Shown here in pieces: positions 1 through 11,142 of a stretch of DNA of 64,000 nt. The notes under the pieces were generated by a model. That model ran no database searches, had not been told where the DNA came from, and worked only from the letters and a program-made list of their open reading frames with translations. The stretch lies in NCBI GenBank assembly GCA_000004985.1, contig GG738866.1. One strand, given 5' to 3'. A program made the translations under genes and the position numbers. The stretch is from Naegleria gruberi. Lineage: Eukaryota. How positions within the stretch are numbered: the stretch's first letter is position 1; each line of letters starts with the position of its first letter.

Positions 1-274
1 CGGGAACTTTGTATTTTTAGATAAGCAATGTAGTTTGACTGTTTTAGAGTTTAAGCTTGTTATTTTCAAGTACCAAGTTTTTAACTGATGTACTGGATTT
101 GTGGAATTGTTTAAGGAAAATTTGAAATCAATTCACTGAACTAATTGAAAAGCTTTTCTCATTATTTTTGATATGACAGTAAAGAAGAAATAACCTCAAA
201 GTTTGAAAGTATTAAAAAATCCATAGACGAATGTTATTGGATATTATCTCAATAACTTGGAATGAATTAATTTA

Positions 275-2080
275 TTACATGATAAGACACCATTTAGATA
301 AGAATGAAGGTTCCTCATCTTGAGTTGTTTGAATAACTGCAGTGGACTGTCTAGCACGTGGCTTTCTTGCTGCCGAGGATGATCCTGCTGTTTTGGTTGT
401 TGATCTTGATTTAGGTGTTGATTTAGTGTTTTGGGTTTGCTTAGGGGTAATTTGAGGTTTTGGTTCTTCTTCAATACTCTCAGAAATTGTTGGAGCATTT
501 TCATTCTCGTTTTGAACAGGTGGTTGTTGAGAGGTTGTTGATTCAATGTTGGCCTTTTCTTGTTGCTTGGCTTCTGAAATGTCAATAAATGGTAATTTCT
601 TGGAAACCTTAGTTGGTGTTTCTGCTTGCTTTTCCTCTGAGGCTGAAGTAGTAGTGAGAGCTTCATCATACTTTCTCTTCAAGACTGGAACTGGAGGAGG
701 TGGATTCTTTCTTTCTTCCTTCTTTTGATGTTTGAAGGCGCTTTCATCCTCATCATCTGAGAATGTCATGACTTCAGTCTTATCATCCGAGTTAAACATT
801 GCATCGTAAGCCTTAGTATGATTCAAGATCATGTGTTGAGTACTGGTTTCATCCAATCTAGCACTGTGAAAATTATGACAGTAAATGAGCCCAAAATCCT
901 TAATCCTAGCAATTTCACTTTGAGATAACTTTTCAGTTGTGTTTGAAGTGTTATTATTTTTCTTTTCATCTTTCTTAGTATCATGTTCTTCTTCATCGCT
1001 TTCCATTCCTTCCAAATCTTTGAGGCTTCTTAAAGCAAACTTTTCACCACCTTGAGTTTTTGGTTCTTGTTTCTTTGGGGTGAATAAGGTTGTTCCCTCT
1101 TCTTCACTGCTACTACTTTCGCTATCACTGTTAGAACTGTCATCATCACTATCGCTATTACTACCCTTTTGTTGGTTCTTTCGTTTGTCTCTTTCGAATT
1201 TTCTGATTTTAGCAATCAAGTTCTTCTTCTTGCCCCAAGGTGAAAGACCTCTTCTTTGGAGGTAAGGTTTCAATTCGACAACTTTCAATTCTCTTGGGTC
1301 AGGAATTGCGAAAAAGTCATCAATATCTTCAATATCAGTCTTTTTTGGTGTGGACAATTTTGAATCTGATTTTTGTTTGGTAGGTGTTGATGGTGGTTGA
1401 GCAGGTTCTTCTTTCTTAGAAGCTGGCTCACTGGAGGAAGTAATGATTTCTTGTGGAATGTTGAAAGCAGTTCTCATTGTCGAAATATCAGGATAAGTTA
1501 AAACATAGAATGGTTTTGTCACAGTTCCAAAGATATCTGTAATCTTTCCTATTGGTTTTCCTTCCTTTGTAAATAACAAGGCACCAACTTGAAGTTTAAG
1601 TTGTTTTCTAATCAAATCAGGATCCAATGAATTATTTTCCCTTAAATTTACATTGTTTTGTGAAACCAAGTCATTAACCTTGGAATTCTTATCAACAATA
1701 ACTTCAATAGTAACCTTCTTTTCAACTACATTAAATACTTTTCCGATTTGCATTAATTCATCAACATTCTCAACAGCAAATTCATTAATATTATCGGGAT
1801 AGCTGTGAGAACAAGCAGAAAGTTGTGGTTGAGGTGGAAGAATGCTCTCTTCATGTTGTTCATTCATCTGGTAATTAAAATCCATATTATCATTGGTATC
1901 AACATTCCCAAAAGCACTTATTGTTGAGGTTGTTGGTACATCAAAAGGATTCCTTATTATTGTCATTGTTGGTGAATTATTATTGGAAATAAATAGTGAA
2001 TCTCCCACTTCTTCCTCATCATCTACAAAACGAGTTGGGGATCGTGGGTAGTACATTTCTTCATTATTATTAGTCTCCAT
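275..2080 (-). CDS. NAF1-like H/ACA snoRNP assembly factor (Gar1-like domain) with SAP motif; acidic/Ser-rich tails
   Basis: ATG at 2080 and TAA at 275-277 verified. Gar1/NAF1-like core 'IGKVFNVVEKKVTIEV...GKPIGKITDIFGTVTKPFYVL'. SAP-like 'LKVVELKPYLQRRGLSPWGKKKNLIAKIRKFE'. Single 601-aa ORF; overlapping ORFs 244..669, 546..728, 1030..1265 are frame shadows. Confidence 0.5.
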   Translation of the reverse strand: METNNNEEMYYPRSPTRFVDDEEEVGDSLFISNNNSPTMTIIRNPFDVPTTSTISAFGNVDTNDNMDFNYQMNEQHEESILPPQPQLSACSHSYPDNINEFAVENVDELMQIGKVFNVVEKKVTIEVIVDKNSKVNDLVSQNNVNLRENNSLDPDLIRKQLKLQVGALLFTKEGKPIGKITDIFGTVTKPFYVLTYPDISTMRTAFNIPQEIITSSSEPASKKEEPAQPPSTPTKQKSDSKLSTPKKTDIEDIDDFFAIPDPRELKVVELKPYLQRRGLSPWGKKKNLIAKIRKFERDKRKNQQKGSNSDSDDDSSNSDSESSSSEEEGTTLFTPKKQEPKTQGGEKFALRSLKDLEGMESDEEEHDTKKDEKKNNNTSNTTEKLSQSEIARIKDFGLIYCHNFHSARLDETSTQHMILNHTKAYDAMFNSDDKTEVMTFSDDEDESAFKHQKKEERKNPPPPVPVLKRKYDEALTTTSASEEKQAETPTKVSKKLPFIDISEAKQQEKANIESTTSQQPPVQNENENAPTISESIEEEPKPQITPKQTQNTKSTPKSRSTTKTAGSSSAARKPRARQSTAVIQTTQDEEPSFLSKWCLIM

Positions 2081-2304
2081 CCTGAATATTAAATATCTTC
2101 GTGATGACTTGTTGTTGGTCCGAGCAGTTTTGGATATAAAAAAATCAACTCCTCTTTATTAATGTTGAAATATTTTTTAACGGTTTTTAATAAATTCAAA
2201 AAGAACATGGAGGCCTGAAAACTTGTTCTAAGAACTGGTAGAACCTTTCATTGAGGATGTTTTCTAATAAATAACATTAGTATTGATTGAATTGGTCTAG
2301 AGCT

Positions 2305-5300
2305 TTATTCATCTTCATGGATTGGAGAGGAGGCTGAAAGTGGACTGGAAGGTGTGTTTGGTAGAGAGCTTGTCAATAAAATGTTATTATCGGATGTATT
2401 GTGTGCAGGAGTGACAAGAGTTGTGTTGATAGATTTTGGAATGATTGTTGGCTGGAACATTTCATCAATGAGGGACAACACTTGCCAATAGTCAGTCTTA
2501 ATGGAAAGATGAGCATTTTCCTCTTTTTGAGTCAACTTGATAAGGAGGTGATATTTAGGAGGGAGAAAGATGAAAATATAATCATTCTGATTCACTGCAA
2601 ATAATTTGTAACTATCCATAACCTCACTCACCTGTGTATTTCTCAATACTTTGACACTTGATACAATTTTAGCATCCTTACAATTCCAAATGGCCTCAAA
2701 GAGTGTCTCTTTAGTGAGATTATCTGGGAGGTCCTTGTCAAAGATTGGTAGGAATAAGTCTTTAAATTCAATGGAAATGTCATTCAATACAGTTTGACAG
2801 TAGGCAGTAGATGGCTCAATAGTAGTCGATTGTGTTGATGATTTAATGCCAGTGAAGGTGGCAGTGACATTAATGAGGCCAGGAAGAGGTTTCAATGGGA
2901 AAAATTTGATGGTGAATAAGTGATCGGATGGGAGAAGGATATCCTCTTCTTGTGAGGTTTTAAGATCGAGTGATGGAAGTTTAATGTATGGAACATTAAT
3001 AAAATTATCAATTCCAACAAATCGATGAGCATCTTCACCTCCAAATGACAACTCAATGCCAACCAATTTGTCCATATCCAAACTGAGAGAGGAAACATTC
3101 ATTGGTGATAACTTGTACTGTAATTGAATTTGATACTTGAAACTCTTCAAATATTTTTCAAAATAAAAGTGGAGAATATGGGAAGAATCGTCCTTTCTCA
3201 AAGATCCCAGATGTGCAGCAGACCCAACCCTGAATGAGTTGGTTTGTTGCTCCAGTGAAAGCTCATGACAAATATTCTTCACAAATGAAACACTGAGAAT
3301 ATTTGGTACTGGAATTGGTTCAGTAATTTCAAAGACATTGCCTGATCCAAGAATTCCATCCTTCTTAATATCCAAATCTGTTTCAAAACCAAAAATACCC
3401 AAAAGTTTCCTCTTATTTGTTACCTGGTTGATTATGTTAAAGTAAAAGCTACTCCTTTGTTTGATTTCCAAACTATTATAATCCTGAATGAGTAGAGTTA
3501 AAATATTATTACTGATTTCCTGTTGTTCTTGCTCAAGGTGGACCTCATCATTTTTGAAACAGGATGGTTCATTACATGCACGATAGACAACCATTCTAAT
3601 GATGGAAAGAACAGAATCTCCATGATGCCAATCACCAAAATTGGCAATGAGCTTGCTCCTCACAAATTTATGAAGACAAGATAACATTTTCTAATAATTT
3701 GCTGAATTAATAATGAAGAAAGAGTATGAAACATACAGTTACTTGATCCTTTCTCAAGTTGTTAATCAGCGCCTCAAAGAGCGAGAAATAATAGCCAAGG
3801 TTTTCATTTGGTAGATTGACTATGTGATCGAATAGTCCATTCACTAATTCATTATTTGAGTCTGTAAAACTTAGTGAATTGATTAATGAAATTGTATAAT
3901 TCAAAATTGGAGAAATTAAAAGATTCAAACTACTTTCTCTTTCCAACATGTCAACCAAAAAGCTAAATATTATATGTTAAATATTTCTAGGCAATTAGAA
4001 CTTACTCCAGGGTTGGTTTGTATTGAGTGGAATTATTTTGATAGGAGAAATAGATGAAATTGAATATAATATCTAAACGAATGTATAATTGTCTTTCAAT
4101 TCTAGAAACATTTGGAGCACTTTCTTCTTGAATTTGTGGCTGCTTGAATGATTTGCTATAGTATTTGGAGAGGGCCTTCATGTAATATCTGTAATCGGCT
4201 ACACAGTCCAGTAAATGTAACATGTTCCTTTTTAGAGAATATGGGTCAATAAATTCATACTTGTTTCAAAACTTACTCCATATCGTTAGTTTTCCTGGTT
4301 GAAATAATTTTGCACTTTTCCTTCTTAATTGGTAGTTCATCAAAATATTTAATTCCAATCTTTTCTGGATTGTTTTGGAAATAAAGTAATTGCTCTCTCA
4401 CATACAAAGGCTGACTATAATCATCCACACTCAATACGTAGTCATCTCTAATATGTTGCTTATTTGAAATGGTATTATGGCAAAATATATGAACCAAATA
4501 CGAGTTGATACTATGTTTGAATTTCCTAAAAACTCGTTTCCAAACATGATCTGGATATTCAGTATCCTTGATAATTTGTGAAATTATTTCAAAAATTGCA
4601 GCTCTTCCCCAAATTGTAAAGATCTGAATATTTTCAATAAGAAAAGTCAAACTATTGACAACTTCTCTCTTTGTCTTGTTTGTTTCCAAATAAATTAAAT
4701 TTGCTAATAAGGTAGAAAATGATTGAAGGGCATGTGAATTCTCAGTCTGACAACACTTCAACACTGTTGGAATAAAATCTGTAATTCTAACATGATAAAA
4801 GTAGAGTATTTCTTGAAGAGAATCTGCTGCCATCTGTCTTTGAAGTCTAAACTGTGAATTATTTACTGTTTTTGAAATATATTGCATCAGAGAAGAAATG
4901 TGATTGGCAATCATTGTTGGATTCACTTGATGTAAATTGTGTGTAATGTACATGGTTGTTATTGTCACTAAAAGTTGAGCATAGGTAATATCATCCACCT
5001 TTCCACTGTTAATTATATTCTGTAAATCTGTTAAATATTCATAAAGCCTTCAGATAATTTAAATTATTTAAATAATAACAAAATAATAAATTTAAATAAT
5101 GAATTATTTAAAATCATATTCCATAAATCAATCCTGAAATTATAAACCTACTTGGGAATATTATTTCTAAACAAGACACTCGAATATTCTTGTAAAAACA
5201 CACAAACATAAATCTTTCGAGCAATTAATTGTTGAGCATCAGTGTACTTTTCCGAATCAATTTTTCCTTCCGAATTTCTACATTGATAATCAACACTTGG

Positions 5301-5513
5301 TATAGGCTGTGAGGAGTGATGACTACTAGATCGAGGGGAAATGGTATTCGCTGCCGATGGTGATGACAATGGTGATATATCCAATACTAAAATATCTAAA
5401 ATATATTCCAAAACTAATTTCGATACTTCCACCTCTAGATTACTCCTTGTTGGGCTCTGTTTGAAGGATGATCGTTTTAAATAGTCGACAAGCCTTTCCG
5501 ATGTGAAGGACAT
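2305..5513 (-). CDS. Large multi-exon hypothetical protein (about 5 exons: ~5513-5152, ~5005-4276, ~4227-4005, 3958-3707, 3687-2305); function unknown
   Basis: ATG at 5513 verified. Phase-2 donor CCCAA|GTAGGT at 5151 and acceptor ttaacag| before 5005 restore frame into ORF 4273..4998 (whose printed M is GTG). GTAAGT donor at 4276 overlaps the apparent TAA. Consecutive minus-strand ORFs 4002..4223, 3707..3958 and 2305..3687 follow, separated by short AT-rich gaps. Exact splice sites partly uncertain. Confidence 0.4.
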
Positions 5514-8301
5514 TTTTTAAGAATATGAATAAAGATTTTTGTAGGAAGGAGGCCACAGACGATACTTTTTTCAAAGCAGACATTCTCCTTGTTAGCTCTT
5601 TGGGTTTCTTGGTTTTTAATAAATCTGTGGCTGAGCTAGCAGTGTCTGAGTATTCCAATTGATCGTGTGAAACATTTAAAGAACTCATTTCTTGAAGGTG
5701 AAGGAATGACAAGACAAAATCTTGTTCTCTGCCACTGAGTATCTTAATTCCAAATGATTCTCCTCCTATTGTTAATGTAAAGATTGCATTTGATTGTGGG
5801 CTTGGTTCAAGTTTCGTTTCTGAAACTTCTGCTGATAGAATGGTTTTTGTTTTTTTGAAGAGTTTCCTTTGTCGTTTGATAATAATCTGAGAGGAACTAA
5901 ATTTAAGATAGAATGTATCATCCTTATCCTGGACAAAACTCACTGAGGATGGAATGAAAAGGAGTGAAATGAAAAACTTGGATCCTGTTTTGGAATCCAC
6001 ACTGGTCCTGCTTGTATATGAGCTCAAATCTCTCTGGCTCACCGAATCTGCATCCATTTCGTTCATCTTTGTACGTTCTGGAACTGCTTGTTCCTTCATA
6101 ATCCTGGCCTCTCTGTTTTGTTTCAAAGTTTTTAGAGCCTCCTGAATAGTGTCAACTTCTTCTTGCAATTCAAGGGATGATCTGGAAGGGGTTAGTTTCG
6201 GTTTTTGGATTGATTCGGTGGACAGGAAGTTCTGATGAACAGGAGGGGAGAGATTTAGAGAAGGACTGAGGATTGGTTCAATCTCAAAATTAGGGGTAAA
6301 AGCTCGAGGGGTGTGAGTATTGTGGGAAATGGAGAGAGTCAGCTCTTCATCGAACGAATCATTGGAGCTGGTGGTTAGAGTTTGATTCAATGATTTTCTT
6401 GGAGAGGATGTTGGCAAGTCAATTGAGGTTGAGATGAATGATTTACAAACTGGATATCCTAGTCGTTTTCTAACAGCATTTACATCAGAGATATACCTAT
6501 TCAGGTCTTGAACTCGTACGGGGTTGATTCTATTTCTTGTTATTGATAAATTACAAAGGGTTGGGTGATTTTTGATACAATCTATTATCCTAGAAACTGA
6601 ATTTTCAGTCAGTAAATTATTTGCCAAATTTAACAATGTGAGCCCACAGTTAACTAGAATTGCATTTGCTAGATGGAAACCTCCAGCGTCTCTTATTTCG
6701 TTTCCACTCAGATCTAAACATCTTAAATTCTTTGCAATTGATAAATATTTGGAAATTACAACAACTCCCTTATCTCCCAAAAAATTACATCCCAGATTGA
6801 GCGAAATAAGATTAGTTGATGAGGTTGCCAACCTAGCTAAACTTTCCACTTGAATACTATTTTTCCAGAAGTCCACATGTCTCAGTTTTCCACTGTCTTT
6901 TACCAAGTCTTTAATCACATTAATATTAGTAATGCAATTTCCAAAACATTTTAGACTTGACAAATTTGGTAAGTAATCTTTGGCAAAGAGAGCTAGGCAC
7001 AGCAATCCTTCATCCGACACTTGAGCTCCAGAAATATCAATTTCAGTGAGTTGAGAAATATAATCTATTTTTTCAGAAACCTCCTTATATGACTGAACAA
7101 TATTCCACACTCCTTCATCTGTTAAAGGATTATTTCTTAGATTGAGCACTTTTAGTGTATCTCTCGACATGAATAAGTACTCTCCTAGATACGAGCATGC
7201 TTCTGAACTCATTTTGTTTCCTTCAATATCCAATACTTGTAAATGTACATCATTCTCAATGAGAGATTCAAAGAATGTCAGGAAATGTTGATCATCATCG
7301 AGACTACATTTTTTAAGAACAATTTCCTTGAGAGAGCTGTTGTTTGCTCCTATTTGTGAACATAGACTGCTCCACTCATACGAGTCGTCATTGTTCTGAT
7401 CGAATAGAGTGTTGATTTTTTGTATTTTTGTCACGGATTTTGTCAATTCTCCAATGCTTAGTTCAACTAGATTTCGTTTTGGAGTTTTTGATCTTATTGG
7501 TGAATGAATTCCTGAGAGAATATGGGAAGTCCTAGGTGATATTATTGGAGAGGAAATGAATGGGTTTAGTGGAAAGGAGATTGGACTTGGTAATCCAAAA
7601 GACATTGGCGAATCTGGTGGAAGAGGAGGTGGAGATTCTGTCCTATGATCTATTTCAATTCTTTCCAATGGCTGAGAATAGATTGAGTCTGGGATGGAAA
7701 TGGGTGGAATGATTAATTGTTTAGGAGGTGATAGTGAAAGAGGAGGAGAAGGAGGAGAGCTATTGGATGATAGTTCTATATTTGAAAGAGCAGGATCTTC
7801 ATTATTTGGAGTTTTGATTTTCAATTCTTCCTTGTTTGTTTCTGGTGAGAGTTGACTAGATTTGGGTGAAGTTGTTATTGTCTTACTCTTCCCCAATAAT
7901 TTAGCGAGAGAAACCTTCTTTTCAGATGAAGAAGTTTTAGATTTAGGATTTTTGCTTGTTGGGGGAGTAATAGGGATATTTGTAGTGGGTGGTGAAGAAT
8001 TGTCATTAAGTTGTTTCATCAGATCCGATAAATCCTTTAAACCACTTTCCTTAAAATCAATATGGAGTGGTGCATCCTTCATTCCTTCCCGTTGTTCCAA
8101 ATTACTACTAGTCCTAATCATGTTTAAATTAATATTATTGTTATTTTCAATATTATCATTCCTTAATAAATTTTCAGTTCCTATCTTTGGCTCACTGTTT
8201 ATATGCAAGATCGGTCCTATGTGATTGATTTTCTTTGTGGGCGTTTTTGTTGAAGGTGATGTCTTCCTCACCGACAAAGGAAGTTGGTTTGTTTTCTTCA
8301 T
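5440..8301 (-). CDS. Leucine-rich repeat (ribonuclease-inhibitor-like) protein with Ser/Pro-rich N-terminal region and C-terminal PH-like domain
   Basis: ATG at 8301 and TAA at 5440-5442 verified. RNI-type LRRs 'LNLRNNPLTDEGVWNIV', 'LDLSGNEIRDAGGFHLANAI', 'LNLANNLLTENSVSRIIDCI'. C-terminal 'DDTFYLKFSSSQIIIKRQRKLF...FTLTIGGESFGIKILSGREQDFVLSFLHLQEM' resembles a PH domain. Confidence 0.6.
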   Translation of the reverse strand: MKKTNQLPLSVRKTSPSTKTPTKKINHIGPILHINSEPKIGTENLLRNDNIENNNNINLNMIRTSSNLEQREGMKDAPLHIDFKESGLKDLSDLMKQLNDNSSPPTTNIPITPPTSKNPKSKTSSSEKKVSLAKLLGKSKTITTSPKSSQLSPETNKEELKIKTPNNEDPALSNIELSSNSSPPSPPLSLSPPKQLIIPPISIPDSIYSQPLERIEIDHRTESPPPLPPDSPMSFGLPSPISFPLNPFISSPIISPRTSHILSGIHSPIRSKTPKRNLVELSIGELTKSVTKIQKINTLFDQNNDDSYEWSSLCSQIGANNSSLKEIVLKKCSLDDDQHFLTFFESLIENDVHLQVLDIEGNKMSSEACSYLGEYLFMSRDTLKVLNLRNNPLTDEGVWNIVQSYKEVSEKIDYISQLTEIDISGAQVSDEGLLCLALFAKDYLPNLSSLKCFGNCITNINVIKDLVKDSGKLRHVDFWKNSIQVESLARLATSSTNLISLNLGCNFLGDKGVVVISKYLSIAKNLRCLDLSGNEIRDAGGFHLANAILVNCGLTLLNLANNLLTENSVSRIIDCIKNHPTLCNLSITRNRINPVRVQDLNRYISDVNAVRKRLGYPVCKSFISTSIDLPTSSPRKSLNQTLTTSSNDSFDEELTLSISHNTHTPRAFTPNFEIEPILSPSLNLSPPVHQNFLSTESIQKPKLTPSRSSLELQEEVDTIQEALKTLKQNREARIMKEQAVPERTKMNEMDADSVSQRDLSSYTSRTSVDSKTGSKFFISLLFIPSSVSFVQDKDDTFYLKFSSSQIIIKRQRKLFKKTKTILSAEVSETKLEPSPQSNAIFTLTIGGESFGIKILSGREQDFVLSFLHLQEMSSLNVSHDQLEYSDTASSATDLLKTKKPKELTRRMSALKKVSSVASFLQKSLFIFLKNVLHIGKACRLFKTIILQTEPNKE

Positions 8302-8859
8302 ATTTTTTTTAAAGACAGAAAATATAGGGCCTTAATATAACGGCTATTTTACTTTTTTACTTTGATGATTCTTGTATGATTTCATTATTTATTAATGTAA
8401 TAATAACCAATTTAAAGAAGAAAATTGACCATCACTGATTTTTCTCTTAACACCTTTAAACATTCCGAATACATTCTGCCTATCAGTCTTTAATATTATT
8501 CTTTGAAAAAACATGGATAATATCAATCATGAAAATGCTGAACAATTTAAATGTTTGGTTAATTATCCAAACTCATTCCACTTAAATTGAGTGAATGTTC
8601 TCCAAGAACGATCCGATAGGAGTTGGAAGGAGAAATGAAAACTTAAAAAAAAATCTGCCAGCATCACTAACAGCCTCTCTGCCGATTTATTAACGCACAG
8701 GTGAGTAAAACATATTAAATAATCAGTAAATTCCATAACAATGTCTTTTTCTATGAAATTGATGCTCATCACCTTATATTTAAAAACTAACTTGGGTTCT
8801 TCATATCATTAAAACATCATCACAATATTAGAATACATTTATATAGTGGCGGAATTTTG

Positions 8860-11039
8860 ATGAATAACAACAATACAAAAAGAATGGGGAATTTTGATCG
8901 GTCGAGGATTATACTGACTACACTTGTTGTAGTGTTATTGTCATTTGTTGTGAGTGCGGATGGAGTGTTGTGGAGTCCTTGTTCTTTACATAGTGAATTT
9001 TACATGCCTGAAGGAGTTAAATTCTTCCCAAGAGCTAATTTAACAACAGGAAAATTAGAATATACCTTGTCAATGATTGATGCTATCAATGAAATTAGTA
9101 TGTGTCTAGTTTACAGTTTGATTTTACCTGAGACTTTTATTACAATGTGTGTGAAAATATATGCAAATAATCGGAAACAATAATAGACTTGAAAAACAAT
9201 GATACTTTTAGAACTCAAGCAGAATGTGCCATGATTCCAGTTCCTTTGGATCATGACAATGTCAATAGTAAACCATTGAAATTATTTGTAAAGAGATTGA
9301 GAGCTGATCCAACTAAACAAGCTCCACGTGCTTTGTGGCTTCTCTCTGGAGGTCCTGGTATGGCTAGTAACATTTGGGAGATGCAAATGGATTTGCTTGT
9401 AAAAATGTTTGGAGGTCAATTCGATATTTACACAACAGATCACAGAGGTACAGGAAGAAGTAACAGAGTTACTTGCTCAACAACCCAAGCTGAAACCCTA
9501 GGAAGTGACGAAGGTATAACTATTAGTATGAAGGAATGGACCAAGAATGGATGTGCTCAATCTTTCAATGATGAATGGAATGGTCATGCTCAAAACTTTT
9601 CTTCCAAAGCAGCTGCCATTGATGTTGTTAAATTGATTCAATCTATCAATGTTCCTCAAAATCAAAAGACCTTTGTTTTGGGAGCTTCATATGGTACTGT
9701 TTGGACTTCAAGAATTATTCGTTATTTGCAATTGAATGGAAATGCCAATATTATTTCTGGTTATATTATGGATGGTATTGTTAACGTTATTGGAAAACCA
9801 GCCCCAATGGGTCTCGACTATACTACCAAATCAGGTAGATTGGTTTTGAATTTGTGGGATGAAAATTTCAATGGTGTTGGTAATGCCTTGATGGAAATTT
9901 GTGGAGGTAACAAGTCAAGAATTGCTACTAATCAATTTGTTGATGTCAATAGTGACAATACTCTCGACAAGAAACTCTATGATGAAGAAACTGAATGTGC
10001 CAAAAAGCTCGAAAAGAAGGCAAACGGTAATCCAGTTGAGTACATGAAGAATGTTATTGAAAGTGTCTATGTCAATCATACTTGTAGACCTATTGCTGAT
10101 GGTATTCCATTGTTGCAATTGAAGACTCTCTTCCAAGTATTTATTGAAAGTTCTTACCTCAGATTCTTCGTTCCTGCCTTTATTTACAGAATGGACAGAT
10201 GTGATGAAGATATGGATATTCCATTCTTGCTCCACATTAGAGATGTATTAGTTAAGCAGACTAGTGTTCAACCAACCTCTGTGCCACTCCAATCTCCAGT
10301 TTTGCAATCACATATTGTCTACTCTGAATTATGGGACAGTACGACTACTATGCAACAATTGTTGGATGAATACAATAGTTCAGCAATTACTTTTGGAGGT
10401 ATTGGTATTGGAATGAAGTCATTACTCGATGCTACTCAATGGCCAGTCTATGACCTCGATCCAGAATATTTCGAACAAACCTTTGAAACCACTGTCCCAA
10501 TTTTAATGTTGAATGGTAACTTGGATCCAAATACTCCACTCTGGTCTGCACTTTCTCAAAAGGCTGGTATTAAGAGCAATTCACACAATTTGGTAATTGT
10601 TCCATTCTCAGCTCATGGTACAATTGTTGGACCAACATTTAATAATTCTTACATTCCAGCTGGTTTGCAAGTTGTTGTCAATTTTGTCAGTATGGAAAAT
10701 CCTAATGCCCTCACTGTTGATACCAGTTGTTTGGATTTGATTAATTTCAATACTTCTGGTGTTCCATACTATAATGAAAGAGTATTTGGAATTTATAATA
10801 TTTATGAAGATACCTATGTTGCTGAATCAACTGATCCTCAAGTTAGTGTCTATCTTTTGGTGGGTATCTTTATTGCCGTTCTCTTCATTGCTTGTGTCGT
10901 TAGCAACTTGCTCATCTATTACATTATCAAACTCAAAGATGAACATCAATACAAGCAACAATATGGTACTATTATTGAGACCAATCCAATTAATGAAAAT
11001 TCCACACAAGAAGTTTCTCCTTATCAATCAACTGATTAA
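8860..11039 (+). CDS. Secreted or membrane-anchored alpha/beta-hydrolase, peptidase S33 (prolyl/tripeptidyl aminopeptidase-like); 2 exons
   Basis: ATG at 8860 (ORF track starts at TTG 8857). Signal peptide 'RIILTTLVVVLLSFVVSADG'. Phase-1 intron 9098..9186 (GTATGT...AATAG) joins ORF 8857..9183 to ORF 9189..11039. Motifs 'CAMIPVPLDH', 'LWLLSGGPGMAS', 'TTDHRGTGRS', 'LGASYGT' (nucleophile elbow). C-terminal TM 'VYLLVGIFIAVLFIACVVSNLLIYYII'. Confidence 0.65.
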
Positions 11040-11142
11040 ATGGTTACAGTTTTGTAACATTATTATTTAATTCTCTTTTTTTTCGAATCAATCAAACAAC
11101 AAAACATCTAATGTCAATTTTGTGAATAATTTAAAATTCAAT

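Noticed and set aside
244-1265. ORFs 244..669(-), 546..728(+), 1030..1215(-), 1080..1265(+) inside the NAF1-like gene.
   Set aside because: Frame shadows inside a continuous 601-aa ORF with verified ATG and stop.
8563-8772. ORF 8563..8772(-) of 69 aa in the divergent promoter between the LRR-PH and peptidase genes.
   Set aside because: Short, no ATG context support, and it sits where a 5'-UTR intron or promoter is more likely.
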